From a virus (Duplodnaviria; Caudoviricetes), in the IMG/VR virus record IMGVR_UViG_3300031949_000139, positions 1 to 27,856 of that record: 27,856 bases of DNA. One strand, 5' to 3'. Below the pieces are notes generated by a model. That model had not been told where the DNA came from. It saw only the letters and a list, made by a program, of their open reading frames with translations, and searched no databases. Each line of letters starts with the position of its first letter. Positions within the stretch are counted from its first letter, which is position 1. This document shows, one piece after another, positions 16,318 through 24,626 of this stretch. The position numbers were made by a program, and so were the translations under genes.

Positions 16318-17272
16318 ATACTTCTTTAAATTTGCCATATACCTCCTTAGGGTCTATCCCATTAGCCATGCACCAACAAGCATGTGTGATAGGGTCTATA
16401 GGGCATTGGATACTATGGTCATATATCAACCGGAAGCACGGTGCACATTCACACTGAGCTTCAATAGAATAGTCATTCTCAAAATACTTAGTAATATTCT
16501 CTTTAGTTGAGTGACCAAGTAACCCAATCTTCGGAGTTGGAAAACATCCGGCAGCATGTAATACACCTGTATCAGGAGCTACAACTAAATTAGCAATCTT
16601 AGCCAAGGCCATGGATACTCGGATTGATATCTTACCACTGAGATTAGTGATATCCTTATCTACCAGGCTTTCTAGCAACTGACAAGACAAGTCACCAACC
16701 GTAATAATATGTACATTATCATGGTTTTTCAGGATTTCTCCTATTACATAATCCGTCCAAGGGTAGGCTTTGTTTTTACCTGAACCAGATAAACACCATA
16801 CTAAGTTAAACTTTCCAGGTCGTATATAGCTATAGGCTTCTTCCATCTCTTTTGGAGAGAAGAATAACTCACCCCTTTTTGTTAGCTCACCTAAGCCAGC
16901 CCACTTAGCCGTATGGTCATAGTAGTTAACATTACAACGTTCAAATCTTTCATACTTAGGGTAGATATACATAGGGCATTTAGGATGTAATGCTATAGAC
17001 ACCTCTAAAGACTCAGAGAAGTTTTTATAGTAAGTAGGTTTATACTGTTCTTTCTGGCGTTCCCACTCTTTATCTATGTCCTTAATAGGAACTGAGTCTG
17101 TTACCCTGTCAGTTATCTCATCAATGTTAGGGTTATTAGCAAACACCTCTCTACCACGCTCTGTGGTGTCAACTACTACATAGTACCCTTCTTCCTTTAG
17201 CTTCTTAAGGACTGGAGTTATTAAAAGGTTATCACCAAATGCACCGTATCTTACAATCAATGCCGTTTTCAT
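16250..17272 (-). CDS. GT9-family (heptosyltransferase-like) glycosyltransferase with C-terminal Cys motif
   Basis: IVRYGAFGDNLL..P.LK.LK, NNPNIDEI, VVAPDTGVLHAAG...PKIGL, CECAPCF...CP...CWCM. Start MKTAL at 17272 has an ATGA overlap and GGAG RBS. Confidence 0.9.
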   Translation of the reverse strand: MKTALIVRYGAFGDNLLITPVLKKLKEEGYYVVVDTTERGREVFANNPNIDEITDRVTDSVPIKDIDKEWERQKEQYKPTYYKNFSESLEVSIALHPKCPMYIYPKYERFERCNVNYYDHTAKWAGLGELTKRGELFFSPKEMEEAYSYIRPGKFNLVWCLSGSGKNKAYPWTDYVIGEILKNHDNVHIITVGDLSCQLLESLVDKDITNLSGKISIRVSMALAKIANLVVAPDTGVLHAAGCFPTPKIGLLGHSTKENITKYFENDYSIEAQCECAPCFRLIYDHSIQCPIDPITHACWCMANGIDPKEVYGKFKEVYDKWLVLDVRSRQESVPCVADK

Positions 17273-18048
17273 CGGTTGTATATCTCCAATCTTAGCCTTC
17301 CCCAATTATTATTCTCATAGTCTAGGGGCAGGGTTTCAAGAATAGCCTGCATGTCTCCACCACTAACTTTTCTCAGTAAAGCCTTCTGGTCATCCTGAGT
17401 ATTGACACCTGAGTGCTTAGTTGTAACCTCATGGATGTGGAATACCCTAGACTTAGGTATTAGAGCTATACGATAACCTGCTGAAATAGCTCTATAACAA
17501 AAGTCATTGTCTGAACAGTGATTTCTAAACCGCTTATCCCAAAGGCCTATCTCACGGATAACACTCGAACGCAGTATAGCTGAAGTAAGGCCAAACCATA
17601 CACAGTAGATGATGTCCTCTGTTAGCTCTTTCTCTGTGTAAGCATGCCATCCAAATAGTAGGTCAACTGCTACATTCTCTATGGTCAGAGGGTCCTTCTT
17701 TACTATCTTAGATGAGCCTGCTACAGCAATATCAGGATGTTCCTCCAAAGCATCAATCAATGGTTTAAGCCACCCTTTTTCAGGAAGCGTATCATTATTC
17801 AATGACATAACATACTTATACCTGTTATTGCACCAAATAATCCCTGTATTCATAGCTGCAGTAAAGCCCTTATTTTCCTTATGGGTTAGCACAGTTACTC
17901 GTTCATCCACATAGGGGTTAGCAGAACCATCATCAACTACAATAATATCTACATCCATCTCCGCATTCTTCAATACTTCTGTAACGCACTCCCTAGTCAT
18001 CTCAGGAAAGTTATACATCGGTATTATGATTGCTAACAGTTTCTCCAT
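17269..18048 (-). CDS. GT2-family glycosyltransferase
   Basis: IIIPMYN, IIVVDDGS, NKGFTAAMNTG, LNNDT (DxD-like), IGLWDKRF...SDNDFCYRA..AGY. Confidence 0.92.
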   Translation of the reverse strand: MEKLLAIIIPMYNFPEMTRECVTEVLKNAEMDVDIIVVDDGSANPYVDERVTVLTHKENKGFTAAMNTGIIWCNNRYKYVMSLNNDTLPEKGWLKPLIDALEEHPDIAVAGSSKIVKKDPLTIENVAVDLLFGWHAYTEKELTEDIIYCVWFGLTSAILRSSVIREIGLWDKRFRNHCSDNDFCYRAISAGYRIALIPKSRVFHIHEVTTKHSGVNTQDDQKALLRKVSGGDMQAILETLPLDYENNNWGRLRLEIYNR

Positions 18049-19285
18049 AATAGTTCTGCAGGGCTCCTCTCTGTCCACGGTTATAAAGAAAGTTTAGGAG
18101 ACTGTCCTTTAACTCTAAAATTTTAGCATGTGATAGAGTATCAGTCTCTACAACTAAACCTCCTTCGTTGTGACCGGCTATGTTATAGTAATTTCTAAAA
18201 TCCTTTGTAGTTATCACTATACCGTACTTCTCAGGGTCTTTCCATATAGCACAACCTGGTAGCGGTACAAATTGAAACAATGTATATTGGTCTGGGTCAG
18301 CTTCAAGCATAAAAGCCTTAGTCTCTTCAATTGTTTCCTCGGACTCCCCAGGGTTACCTATCATTAAGAAGGCTTTAGTTACTAGACCAGCTCTCTTAGC
18401 ATTCTTTATAGCTACGATATTCTTTTCTACAGTAGCGCCCTTGCCTATAATATCCAATATCTTCTGCGAACCTGACTCAACACCAAAAGTAATCTCCCTA
18501 CACCCTGAGTCATACAAAACTTGAAAATCCTCTAAGGTGTTATTTCGTATATCCCCATTACAACGATAAACTATATTTAGCTTCTGCAACTCTTTACACA
18601 GAGGGTAAAATCGTTTACGGTCTAAAGCAAAGGTGTCATCATAAAATATAAGAGCTCTAATACCATACTTATCAGTAATCTCCTTTACTTCTTCTATAAC
18701 ATAAGGGATACTAAAAGTCCTTACCTTATGCCCAAATACATCTTTGCAACAAAACGCACATGAATAAGGGCACCCACGACTTGTAGTAATTGATGTAGCT
18801 TTCTGACCTGCAACCTTACGCGTATATGCATGTATGTCTACTAAGTCCCTAGCAGGTCTTGGCAGAGCATCTAAGTTTGTTATCTGTGGTACTTTAACAA
18901 TAGCACTACCCTTATAGAAGTAGAACATAAATTCACCTTCACCACAGATTACATAGTCAAAATAGCCTTTCGTCTCTTCTGGTAGTGATGTAGGATGAGG
19001 CCCACCCACAACTGTTACACTATCAGGGTTATTCATCTTACAAATTGCATGAGCTTCCTTAGCTAAATGTAAGGAGGATGAGTATACAGTAATACCGTAA
19101 ATATCAGCTTGACCGATAGCCTCAGGCCAATCTTCTTTTTTAATAAAGGGTAAATCTACAATCTTTACATCAACATGATTAAATTTTCTCAGAGCAGAAG
19201 CAATGTACATTAAGCCTAACGGTGGGTCAAGCCGGTCGTCTAATGAATTAGGCTGTGGTAGATTGATTAGGGTTATCTTAGACAT
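18011..19285 (-). CDS. cobalamin-dependent (class B) radical SAM enzyme
   Basis: PPLGLMYIAS and VVGGPHPT B12-binding-domain motifs, SRGCPYSCAFC CxxxCxxC motif, DDTF, FGVESGSQKIL, FLMIGNPGE. Confidence 0.93.
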   Translation of the reverse strand: MSKITLINLPQPNSLDDRLDPPLGLMYIASALRKFNHVDVKIVDLPFIKKEDWPEAIGQADIYGITVYSSSLHLAKEAHAICKMNNPDSVTVVGGPHPTSLPEETKGYFDYVICGEGEFMFYFYKGSAIVKVPQITNLDALPRPARDLVDIHAYTRKVAGQKATSITTSRGCPYSCAFCCKDVFGHKVRTFSIPYVIEEVKEITDKYGIRALIFYDDTFALDRKRFYPLCKELQKLNIVYRCNGDIRNNTLEDFQVLYDSGCREITFGVESGSQKILDIIGKGATVEKNIVAIKNAKRAGLVTKAFLMIGNPGESEETIEETKAFMLEADPDQYTLFQFVPLPGCAIWKDPEKYGIVITTKDFRNYYNIAGHNEGGLVVETDTLSHAKILELKDSLLNFLYNRGQRGALQNYYGETVSNHNTDV

Positions 19286-20258
19286 ATACCCACCAATCCT
19301 CTAGTGTGTCTTGCTCATTGTAGCCATGGTAAACACGCTCAATACCGAATATTTCATCAACTGCCTCCTTTACGGAGGGTCTAAGGGCATAATCATAGTC
19401 ATGACCTGATATTATGCCACCCTTCTTAACTTTAGGTAACCAAGCAGCTATATCCGTTTTTACTGACTGATAGGAGTGGTCAGCGTCAATATATACAAAA
19501 TCCAAAGAACCATCTTGAAATTGCTCTGCTCCCTTAACGGAGTCAATGACATGAATGTATACACGCTCATTATTTTCAAATCTCTTTTCAACCATTCTTA
19601 AATGCTTACTTTGCCTTTGAGGCTCGTAGAAGTCTTTACATACAGCCCAAGCGTCTACCAAATGTAGCCTGCTTATACACAAGTTATCTATCATCAATTG
19701 TGCGTGTTCTCCCCGCATAACACCCACTTCAGCAACAACAATTTCCCTATCTCCAAAGTACTTCATTGCTGCCTGTGTAGCCTGCCTAGGCATAGCCTTT
19801 AATTTACCTATCATCACAATAGATTTCTGGGCATCCTTAGAACTAACATCAAATACCCGCTCCCTATACTTAATTGTAAACCCTAGCTTCTCCGCTAACG
19901 CACAAAAAGAGTCGATATCCCATATAATAGGTATCTCTCGTAATTTCCAATGCTTAAATTCATATATATTATCCCAGTTGATAAAGTAGCTGTCAGGCAG
20001 TATAAACTGGTAATCCTTACCTTCAGGTAATGTATGATATAGCTCTTTTAGCATGTCTACAGGGTTGTCATACTCTGACGACCTGGTATAGAAGATATTA
20101 TTGCAATTACAGAATGAGTACCCCATATCCGGATATATTTCATGGCGATTGCCTATCTCTCTGTCTCCACGGATAACCATATAATTAGACCGGCCACATA
20201 TAGGGCAAATCTGTAAGCACCAGTCTTCTGGTTTATCTAATTTTTGCTTTGTACTCAT
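19278..20258 (-). CDS. fusion of a Zn-ribbon/degenerate methyltransferase remnant and a Methyltransf_24-like SAM methyltransferase
   Basis: N-half CPICG...CNCN...FKHWKLRE...AEKLGF. C-half AEVGVMRGE, LVDAW, DFVYIDADHSY..VKTDI..WLPKVKKGGIISGHDY. Confidence 0.85.
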   Translation of the reverse strand: MSTKQKLDKPEDWCLQICPICGRSNYMVIRGDREIGNRHEIYPDMGYSFCNCNNIFYTRSSEYDNPVDMLKELYHTLPEGKDYQFILPDSYFINWDNIYEFKHWKLREIPIIWDIDSFCALAEKLGFTIKYRERVFDVSSKDAQKSIVMIGKLKAMPRQATQAAMKYFGDREIVVAEVGVMRGEHAQLMIDNLCISRLHLVDAWAVCKDFYEPQRQSKHLRMVEKRFENNERVYIHVIDSVKGAEQFQDGSLDFVYIDADHSYQSVKTDIAAWLPKVKKGGIISGHDYDYALRPSVKEAVDEIFGIERVYHGYNEQDTLEDWWVYV

Positions 20259-21225
20259 TATGGGCCTCTTCTACTTTAGACATGATTTCATCTTCGTTAA
20301 AAAATACACACGCTGGTAGGTCATCCTTTCGAGGACAACCGTAGTACTGGTAGGGTCCTTTATGGCATGGTGAGCATACAACTGGCGACTGAACCCAGTA
20401 AGCGTTCTTTGCATACTTGATATGGTTGTCCCAACTTGCAGCTGTCAGTAATTGCAAAGTTGGGGTATCCCAAGAATGAGCTACACAGGCTAACCCTGTT
20501 TCAGGGGATATAACCAAATCAAAATAAGCACACATCAAAGCAACCGTTCTAAAGTTCCATCTATCAACCTTACAAACAATACGGTCACCCTTAAATACTT
20601 GAAATAGACAACTCTCATCACCTGTTAAAATAACAAGAGCGTCAGGGTATTTCTCTAATATCTTCCGGCTAATAGACTCAGCTTGCTGAAAACGTTTATG
20701 CATGGAAGAACCTGACAGACATACTAGGATAGCCCAACCAGCATTATACTTTGTCTTAAGGTCTTGTACAGCTTGCTTAGCTTTCAGATGCTCTTCAGGT
20801 TTATAGTAGAGCTTGCCTCTTGTACCGAAATAGCTTTCAGGTAAACCTACAAACTGGGTCATCACATCATAGTAGTTCATCCTACCCAGGTGCTCACGTC
20901 TCCACGCAGTACTCCTATAATACTTGTTACAATTTTCTAAGCAGCAATATTCCCTCTCTATGGAGTAAACTAAATTAAAGAATAGGTCATAATTTTCTTT
21001 GCAATGCTCCCAGTTCTTTATCATCCTATTCTGCGTGAGCTTTGCAACATCAACAAATATCAGGTTATCTATATATGGGTTACCTTGTAGTATCTGGTAG
21101 CCCTGATAACCCGTTTCAAAATCTATACGGTCAATCTTATAGTGTTCTTTAATAAGTTGAGGCAGATGAGAACAATGCATTAAATCCCCGTAGGCTCCAA
21201 ATCGAGATATAAAACAAGTTTTCAT
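20233..21225 (-). CDS. GT9-family glycosyltransferase with C-terminal Cys motif
   Basis: ISRFGAYGDLMH, GNPYIDNL, CLSGSSMHK, VISPETGLACVA, CSPCH...CP...PACV. AGGAGG RBS. Confidence 0.88.
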   Translation of the reverse strand: MKTCFISRFGAYGDLMHCSHLPQLIKEHYKIDRIDFETGYQGYQILQGNPYIDNLIFVDVAKLTQNRMIKNWEHCKENYDLFFNLVYSIEREYCCLENCNKYYRSTAWRREHLGRMNYYDVMTQFVGLPESYFGTRGKLYYKPEEHLKAKQAVQDLKTKYNAGWAILVCLSGSSMHKRFQQAESISRKILEKYPDALVILTGDESCLFQVFKGDRIVCKVDRWNFRTVALMCAYFDLVISPETGLACVAHSWDTPTLQLLTAASWDNHIKYAKNAYWVQSPVVCSPCHKGPYQYYGCPRKDDLPACVFFNEDEIMSKVEEAHNEYKAKIR

Positions 21226-21246
21226 CTGCCCCTCCTTACTTAAGGA

Positions 21247-21663
21247 CTAATTATCGCTAACGTCAAACTCTTCGCGATAAGTAATCGTTGCGGTTACTTT
21301 AAGGTCCGCAGCAGTACTCAATACAGAATACAGATGTACTGCGCCTCCCTTAGCCACGTACGTTTCCGTAGCAGTACCGTCAGTTACAGCACCTATAGCA
21401 TGAGTACCAGTCCAAGTAACGGTACCCAATGCTGCTGTACCAGAACCCGAAGTAGCTGCTAACACCCATACTGAGGCACCACCCGTACCGAGTGCAGCAT
21501 TAGTCATATTCCAATCCAATATTGTAATAGGGTTCATTGGACGAAATATATCAACTATCGCTGTCGCTCTTGTACCTGCCGTTACCTGCGTAAACGAAAA
21601 CGTTTTCACAGACCCGTAAGAAGGGTCGCTATATGTTCTTCCGCCTTTAGAAGCAGTAGTCAT
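21247..21663 (-). CDS. putative capsid decoration/cement protein, Thr-rich
   Basis: Immediately downstream of the major capsid gene with AGGAGG RBS. Thr/Gly/Ala-rich beta pattern. Confidence 0.6.
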   Translation of the reverse strand: MTTASKGGRTYSDPSYGSVKTFSFTQVTAGTRATAIVDIFRPMNPITILDWNMTNAALGTGGASVWVLAATSGSGTAALGTVTWTGTHAIGAVTDGTATETYVAKGGAVHLYSVLSTAADLKVTATITYREEFDVSDN

Positions 21664-21674
21664 ACTAGACCTCC

Positions 21675-22607
21675 TTACGCTGCAGACTTAACATAGATTA
21701 TACGACATTCGCTGTCAGACGAATAATCCCATGTTTCTGCAAATCCGCCCAGGTAGTACCATGCGATACCCTGGTCACGGCCAAAGTCCTTAGGTATATC
21801 TATCCTGATATCTTCAGGTATAGCAATACCTTCGCGGACCGCATCAGCACCGAAAAAGACTGCCTCCCCATAGATGGAACTTGAACCTTTTACATTCGAA
21901 AGGAACGAAGTCTCTTCTACAAAGCGACAACCGTAGTAGGTACCGATTTCTCCAGATGCGAGGATTTTCGCACTAGTCTGTGTTGCCTTAGGCTCAAAGA
22001 AGTCATATAGACCTCTCAGTGAGTTGGTTGAGGCAATACAGATATAGTTGTTACCGTCATATCTGGGTATGTTTAATGTTTTCATCTTGTCAACGATGTC
22101 ACGAACGTTCTTATCGGACATGTTACCAAGAGCAGTTGTCGTGGCTGTACCATTCGTCTTAAACTCCGTAGAAGCAGTATTGACGATAGTTGCCAGATAG
22201 TCCGTAGTCGTGAAAATTGTCGCGGCTGCGGAGTCCAATACCTTCGCCATATCATCACGAAGGACGGTCTTGATATTATCGGGAACCGATATATCGCTCA
22301 GCGTCTGGACCTTTAGTGTAAACGGTATGGAGTTACCATATTCCGTTACAACCAAAGTACCCTGGCTGATAGTAAAATTCCTCTTAGGAATTGTACTTGT
22401 TTCAGACAGTGTACCACCGGCTGTGGATATATTCGATATCTTATCGAAGAATACCCTATCACCACGGTTTCTCCCAATCGCTGGTTCCGGGTCAACAAAC
22501 TGACGGAACTTCATCATAGGCTGAGCGGCATTTCTAACCTTCTTGCTCAGCTGGTTATTTGTGAAGTATCCACCTAGAGAGCTGACAGACCAAACCTGCT
22601 GTCCCAT
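21675..22607 (-). CDS. major capsid protein (HK97 fold, N4-gp56-like family)
   Basis: Follows the scaffold. GDRVFF..., VTEYGNSI, EIGTYYGCRFVE, AVFFGADA, DFGRD.GIAWY motifs match N4-gp56-like capsids. Confidence 0.9.
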   Translation of the reverse strand: MGQQVWSVSSLGGYFTNNQLSKKVRNAAQPMMKFRQFVDPEPAIGRNRGDRVFFDKISNISTAGGTLSETSTIPKRNFTISQGTLVVTEYGNSIPFTLKVQTLSDISVPDNIKTVLRDDMAKVLDSAAATIFTTTDYLATIVNTASTEFKTNGTATTTALGNMSDKNVRDIVDKMKTLNIPRYDGNNYICIASTNSLRGLYDFFEPKATQTSAKILASGEIGTYYGCRFVEETSFLSNVKGSSSIYGEAVFFGADAVREGIAIPEDIRIDIPKDFGRDQGIAWYYLGGFAETWDYSSDSECRIIYVKSAA

Positions 22608-22608
22608 G

Positions 22609-23688
22609 TTAATCTCCTATGGGTGTACCTTTCTTTGCAGCTATTGCCGCTTTTCTATCAGCTAGGTAATCCTCAATCTCGCTACCAGACCCCTTCTTAG
22701 GGGAACCTTCCTGGCGCATAGACCCAGTACCACCCATAGCTGACTTCCGCCGTTCTTTAGCTGCCTTCGCTTTGACAATGGGCTTTTTATCACCAGCCCC
22801 TTTGTCAGCTCTAAACTTAAGTATTTCAGCAAGAGCGTCTGCAACTGCTTGCAACATGCCGCCACCACCAGGCAATAGATATAAAGGACCTAACTCAGGG
22901 TCTTCATAGAACTTCTTAGCAACCTTAAAGAGCGTTGAGTTAGACTTCCTAATATCTAATGTCGGGTCTTCATCATTAGAGTAATGCCTGACAACGGATT
23001 GCCATTCTCGTTCCTTTGCCTGTGCAGCCTCTTTGACCTTATTCTGTTCTTGAATATACTCATTTTTGAGGTCCTTAGCCTTCTTATCAGTCATATACTC
23101 CATGACTTCAAAAAGACCATCCGAGTCCCCTTCTTCCATGAACTTTTTTGTAGCCGCTTTCAACTGTTCCCTAGTGTACTCAGGAGCCTTCTTACCTTCA
23201 TCCGGCTTCTTTTCCTCGGGTTTAGTCGTCTTGTCTTTGGCCTCTTTGGCCTTTAGCTTAGCAGTTAGCTTATCTATCCGCTTTTGCATACTGGCTTTGA
23301 CACGAGCTACCTCAGGAGTATCGTCTTCAGACTCTTCATCGGCTTCCTCATCGTCCGCTTCCTCATCAGCCTCCTCATCGTCTGACTCCTCATCTTCTGA
23401 AGACTCTTCATCGCCTTCGTCCTCATCGTCCTTTTCACCAGCTGCTGGTTCTGGTTCGGCGTCCGAAGCTTCCGATTTTTTAGCTTTCGACTTATCATCT
23501 CCAGCTTCAGCGTTTTCGTCAGTAACATCTTCATCAGGTCCGAAGGCTGACTCCTTCTTCACTCCACGGTCTGCAATAGCATCAGCGACGATTTCCTCTC
23601 GAGTAGTTAAGGGCTTATCTTCCTTTTTCTGCTCTACTGGTTTTTCATCTGCTTTACCTGCAGCCGCTTGTATCTTGTCTCCTGCCAT
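22609..23688 (-). CDS. capsid scaffolding protein
   Basis: Highly acidic low-complexity N-half, MQKRIDKLTAK coiled-coil motif, position directly before the capsid gene, GGAGG RBS. Confidence 0.8.
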   Translation of the reverse strand: MAGDKIQAAAGKADEKPVEQKKEDKPLTTREEIVADAIADRGVKKESAFGPDEDVTDENAEAGDDKSKAKKSEASDAEPEPAAGEKDDEDEGDEESSEDEESDDEEADEEADDEEADEESEDDTPEVARVKASMQKRIDKLTAKLKAKEAKDKTTKPEEKKPDEGKKAPEYTREQLKAATKKFMEEGDSDGLFEVMEYMTDKKAKDLKNEYIQEQNKVKEAAQAKEREWQSVVRHYSNDEDPTLDIRKSNSTLFKVAKKFYEDPELGPLYLLPGGGGMLQAVADALAEILKFRADKGAGDKKPIVKAKAAKERRKSAMGGTGSMRQEGSPKKGSGSEIEDYLADRKAAIAAKKGTPIGD

Positions 23689-23755
23689 TTAGGCCTCCAG
23701 GTGTTTATTCAGGTACACGAGAACCTTTCCAGCATTTCATAGGATAATGCAGAAC

Positions 23756-24040
23756 CTACGATACCTTAACCCACTTACCTGGGCCCATATATTTCCATTT
23801 TCCAGGCCCAAGTTTCTCTCCATCACCCATACCAGTTTGTCTGTTGCCAGAACCACTAAAGTATAGGGAACTCTTATATAAAGGGGAAGTCTCTTTTTCT
23901 AATTCTACTACAGCCTTCTCACCCTCACATAGTCTAGCTTGATTAAGCAGTGAGCTTCTAATTGCAGGGTCTTTACCTAAAGGCCCCATCAATTTCTTCC
24001 TTACATCTTTGTAATGCATGCCTATTTTCGGGTCACTCAT
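23756..24040 (-). CDS. hypothetical basic protein
   Basis: ORF track. ATGA overlap with the upstream 55-aa ORF. Ends with a tandem GPGKW repeat. Confidence 0.65.
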   Translation of the reverse strand: MSDPKIGMHYKDVRKKLMGPLGKDPAIRSSLLNQARLCEGEKAVVELEKETSPLYKSSLYFSGSGNRQTGMGDGEKLGPGKWKYMGPGKWVKVS

Positions 24041-24204
24041 TTTAAGAATTTCCTTGCTAGTTTCTTTTTTCTCTTACTCACATGTTCAGGCAGGCGTTTC
24101 ATATTAGGTGTTTCATCTGCCCACTGCTTTGCTTTCTTTTTCATCTTGCTACCGAGGTGCCCACCAAACGCTGCTCTTGCCTGAGCTTTACTATCAAAAG
24201 GCAT
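24037..24204 (-). CDS. small basic protein (55 aa, MPFxSKAQ-type); not in ORF track
   Basis: MPFDSKAQARAAFGGHLGSKMKKKAKQWADETPNMKRLPEHVSKRKKKLARKFLK. GAGGAG RBS. This N-terminal motif is common in phage head modules. Confidence 0.75.
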   Translation of the reverse strand: MPFDSKAQARAAFGGHLGSKMKKKAKQWADETPNMKRLPEHVSKRKKKLARKFLK

Positions 24205-24218
24205 ATCACTAACTCCTC

Positions 24219-24626
24219 TTAAACGGCATAGGGCTCATCATTTATTGAGTAGTCCCCACCAGTCATAGGCACATCATACTTAGCTTTAGACTCTTTATCT
24301 AGGTCCTTGATTGTATCCTTAGCTACCTGTAACTCTTCAAGATAACTAAAGGATGCGTTATGAAAATTAACCAGTGCTGCCTTATAACCTAGTAAGAACT
24401 CTTTTCGTTCTTCCCTATGGGCACGGTCTAAAGACCCATTATGCCAACGACCATTCTCTTTACCTCCAAGAACATCTGTAATCATCTTGTCCAGTAGAGG
24501 TCCTAAGACTTCAACCCATCCTTGGGACTCCAGAGTAGCTTTAACCTTATCGCCGATAGCAATCAGTTTTTCACACTCATCTTTATTGTACTGGCGTTGC
24601 TGTTTTCTTTCCTGCTCCAGAGACAT
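24219..24626 (-). CDS. hypothetical protein following the portal
   Basis: Start MSLEQERK at 24626 with AGGAGG RBS. TLESQGW motif and helical character are typical of the small post-portal gene of podoviruses. Confidence 0.65.
   Translation of the reverse strand: MSLEQERKQQRQYNKDECEKLIAIGDKVKATLESQGWVEVLGPLLDKMITDVLGGKENGRWHNGSLDRAHREERKEFLLGYKAALVNFHNASFSYLEELQVAKDTIKDLDKESKAKYDVPMTGGDYSINDEPYAV

Noticed and set aside
15426-21225. Host LPS/O-antigen locus or prophage boundary
   Set aside because: The block is flanked on both sides by co-oriented virion genes, shares their GATC avoidance, and has no att site, integrase or transport/polymerase genes.
23320-23440. Imperfect short tandem repeats (tcctcatc...)
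   Set aside because: Explained by the DEEA/DEES low-complexity coding of the scaffold. It is not a CRISPR array or regulatory repeat.
23066-23692. 208-aa Ser-rich plus-strand ORF
   Set aside because: Antisense shadow of the Asp/Glu-rich scaffold codons. It has no independent support.
23689-23755. Intergenic gap with a small GCATT...AATGC inverted repeat upstream of the scaffold gene
   Set aside because: The stem is too short and AT-rich, with no U-tract or clear promoter boxes. I cannot support a regulatory call.
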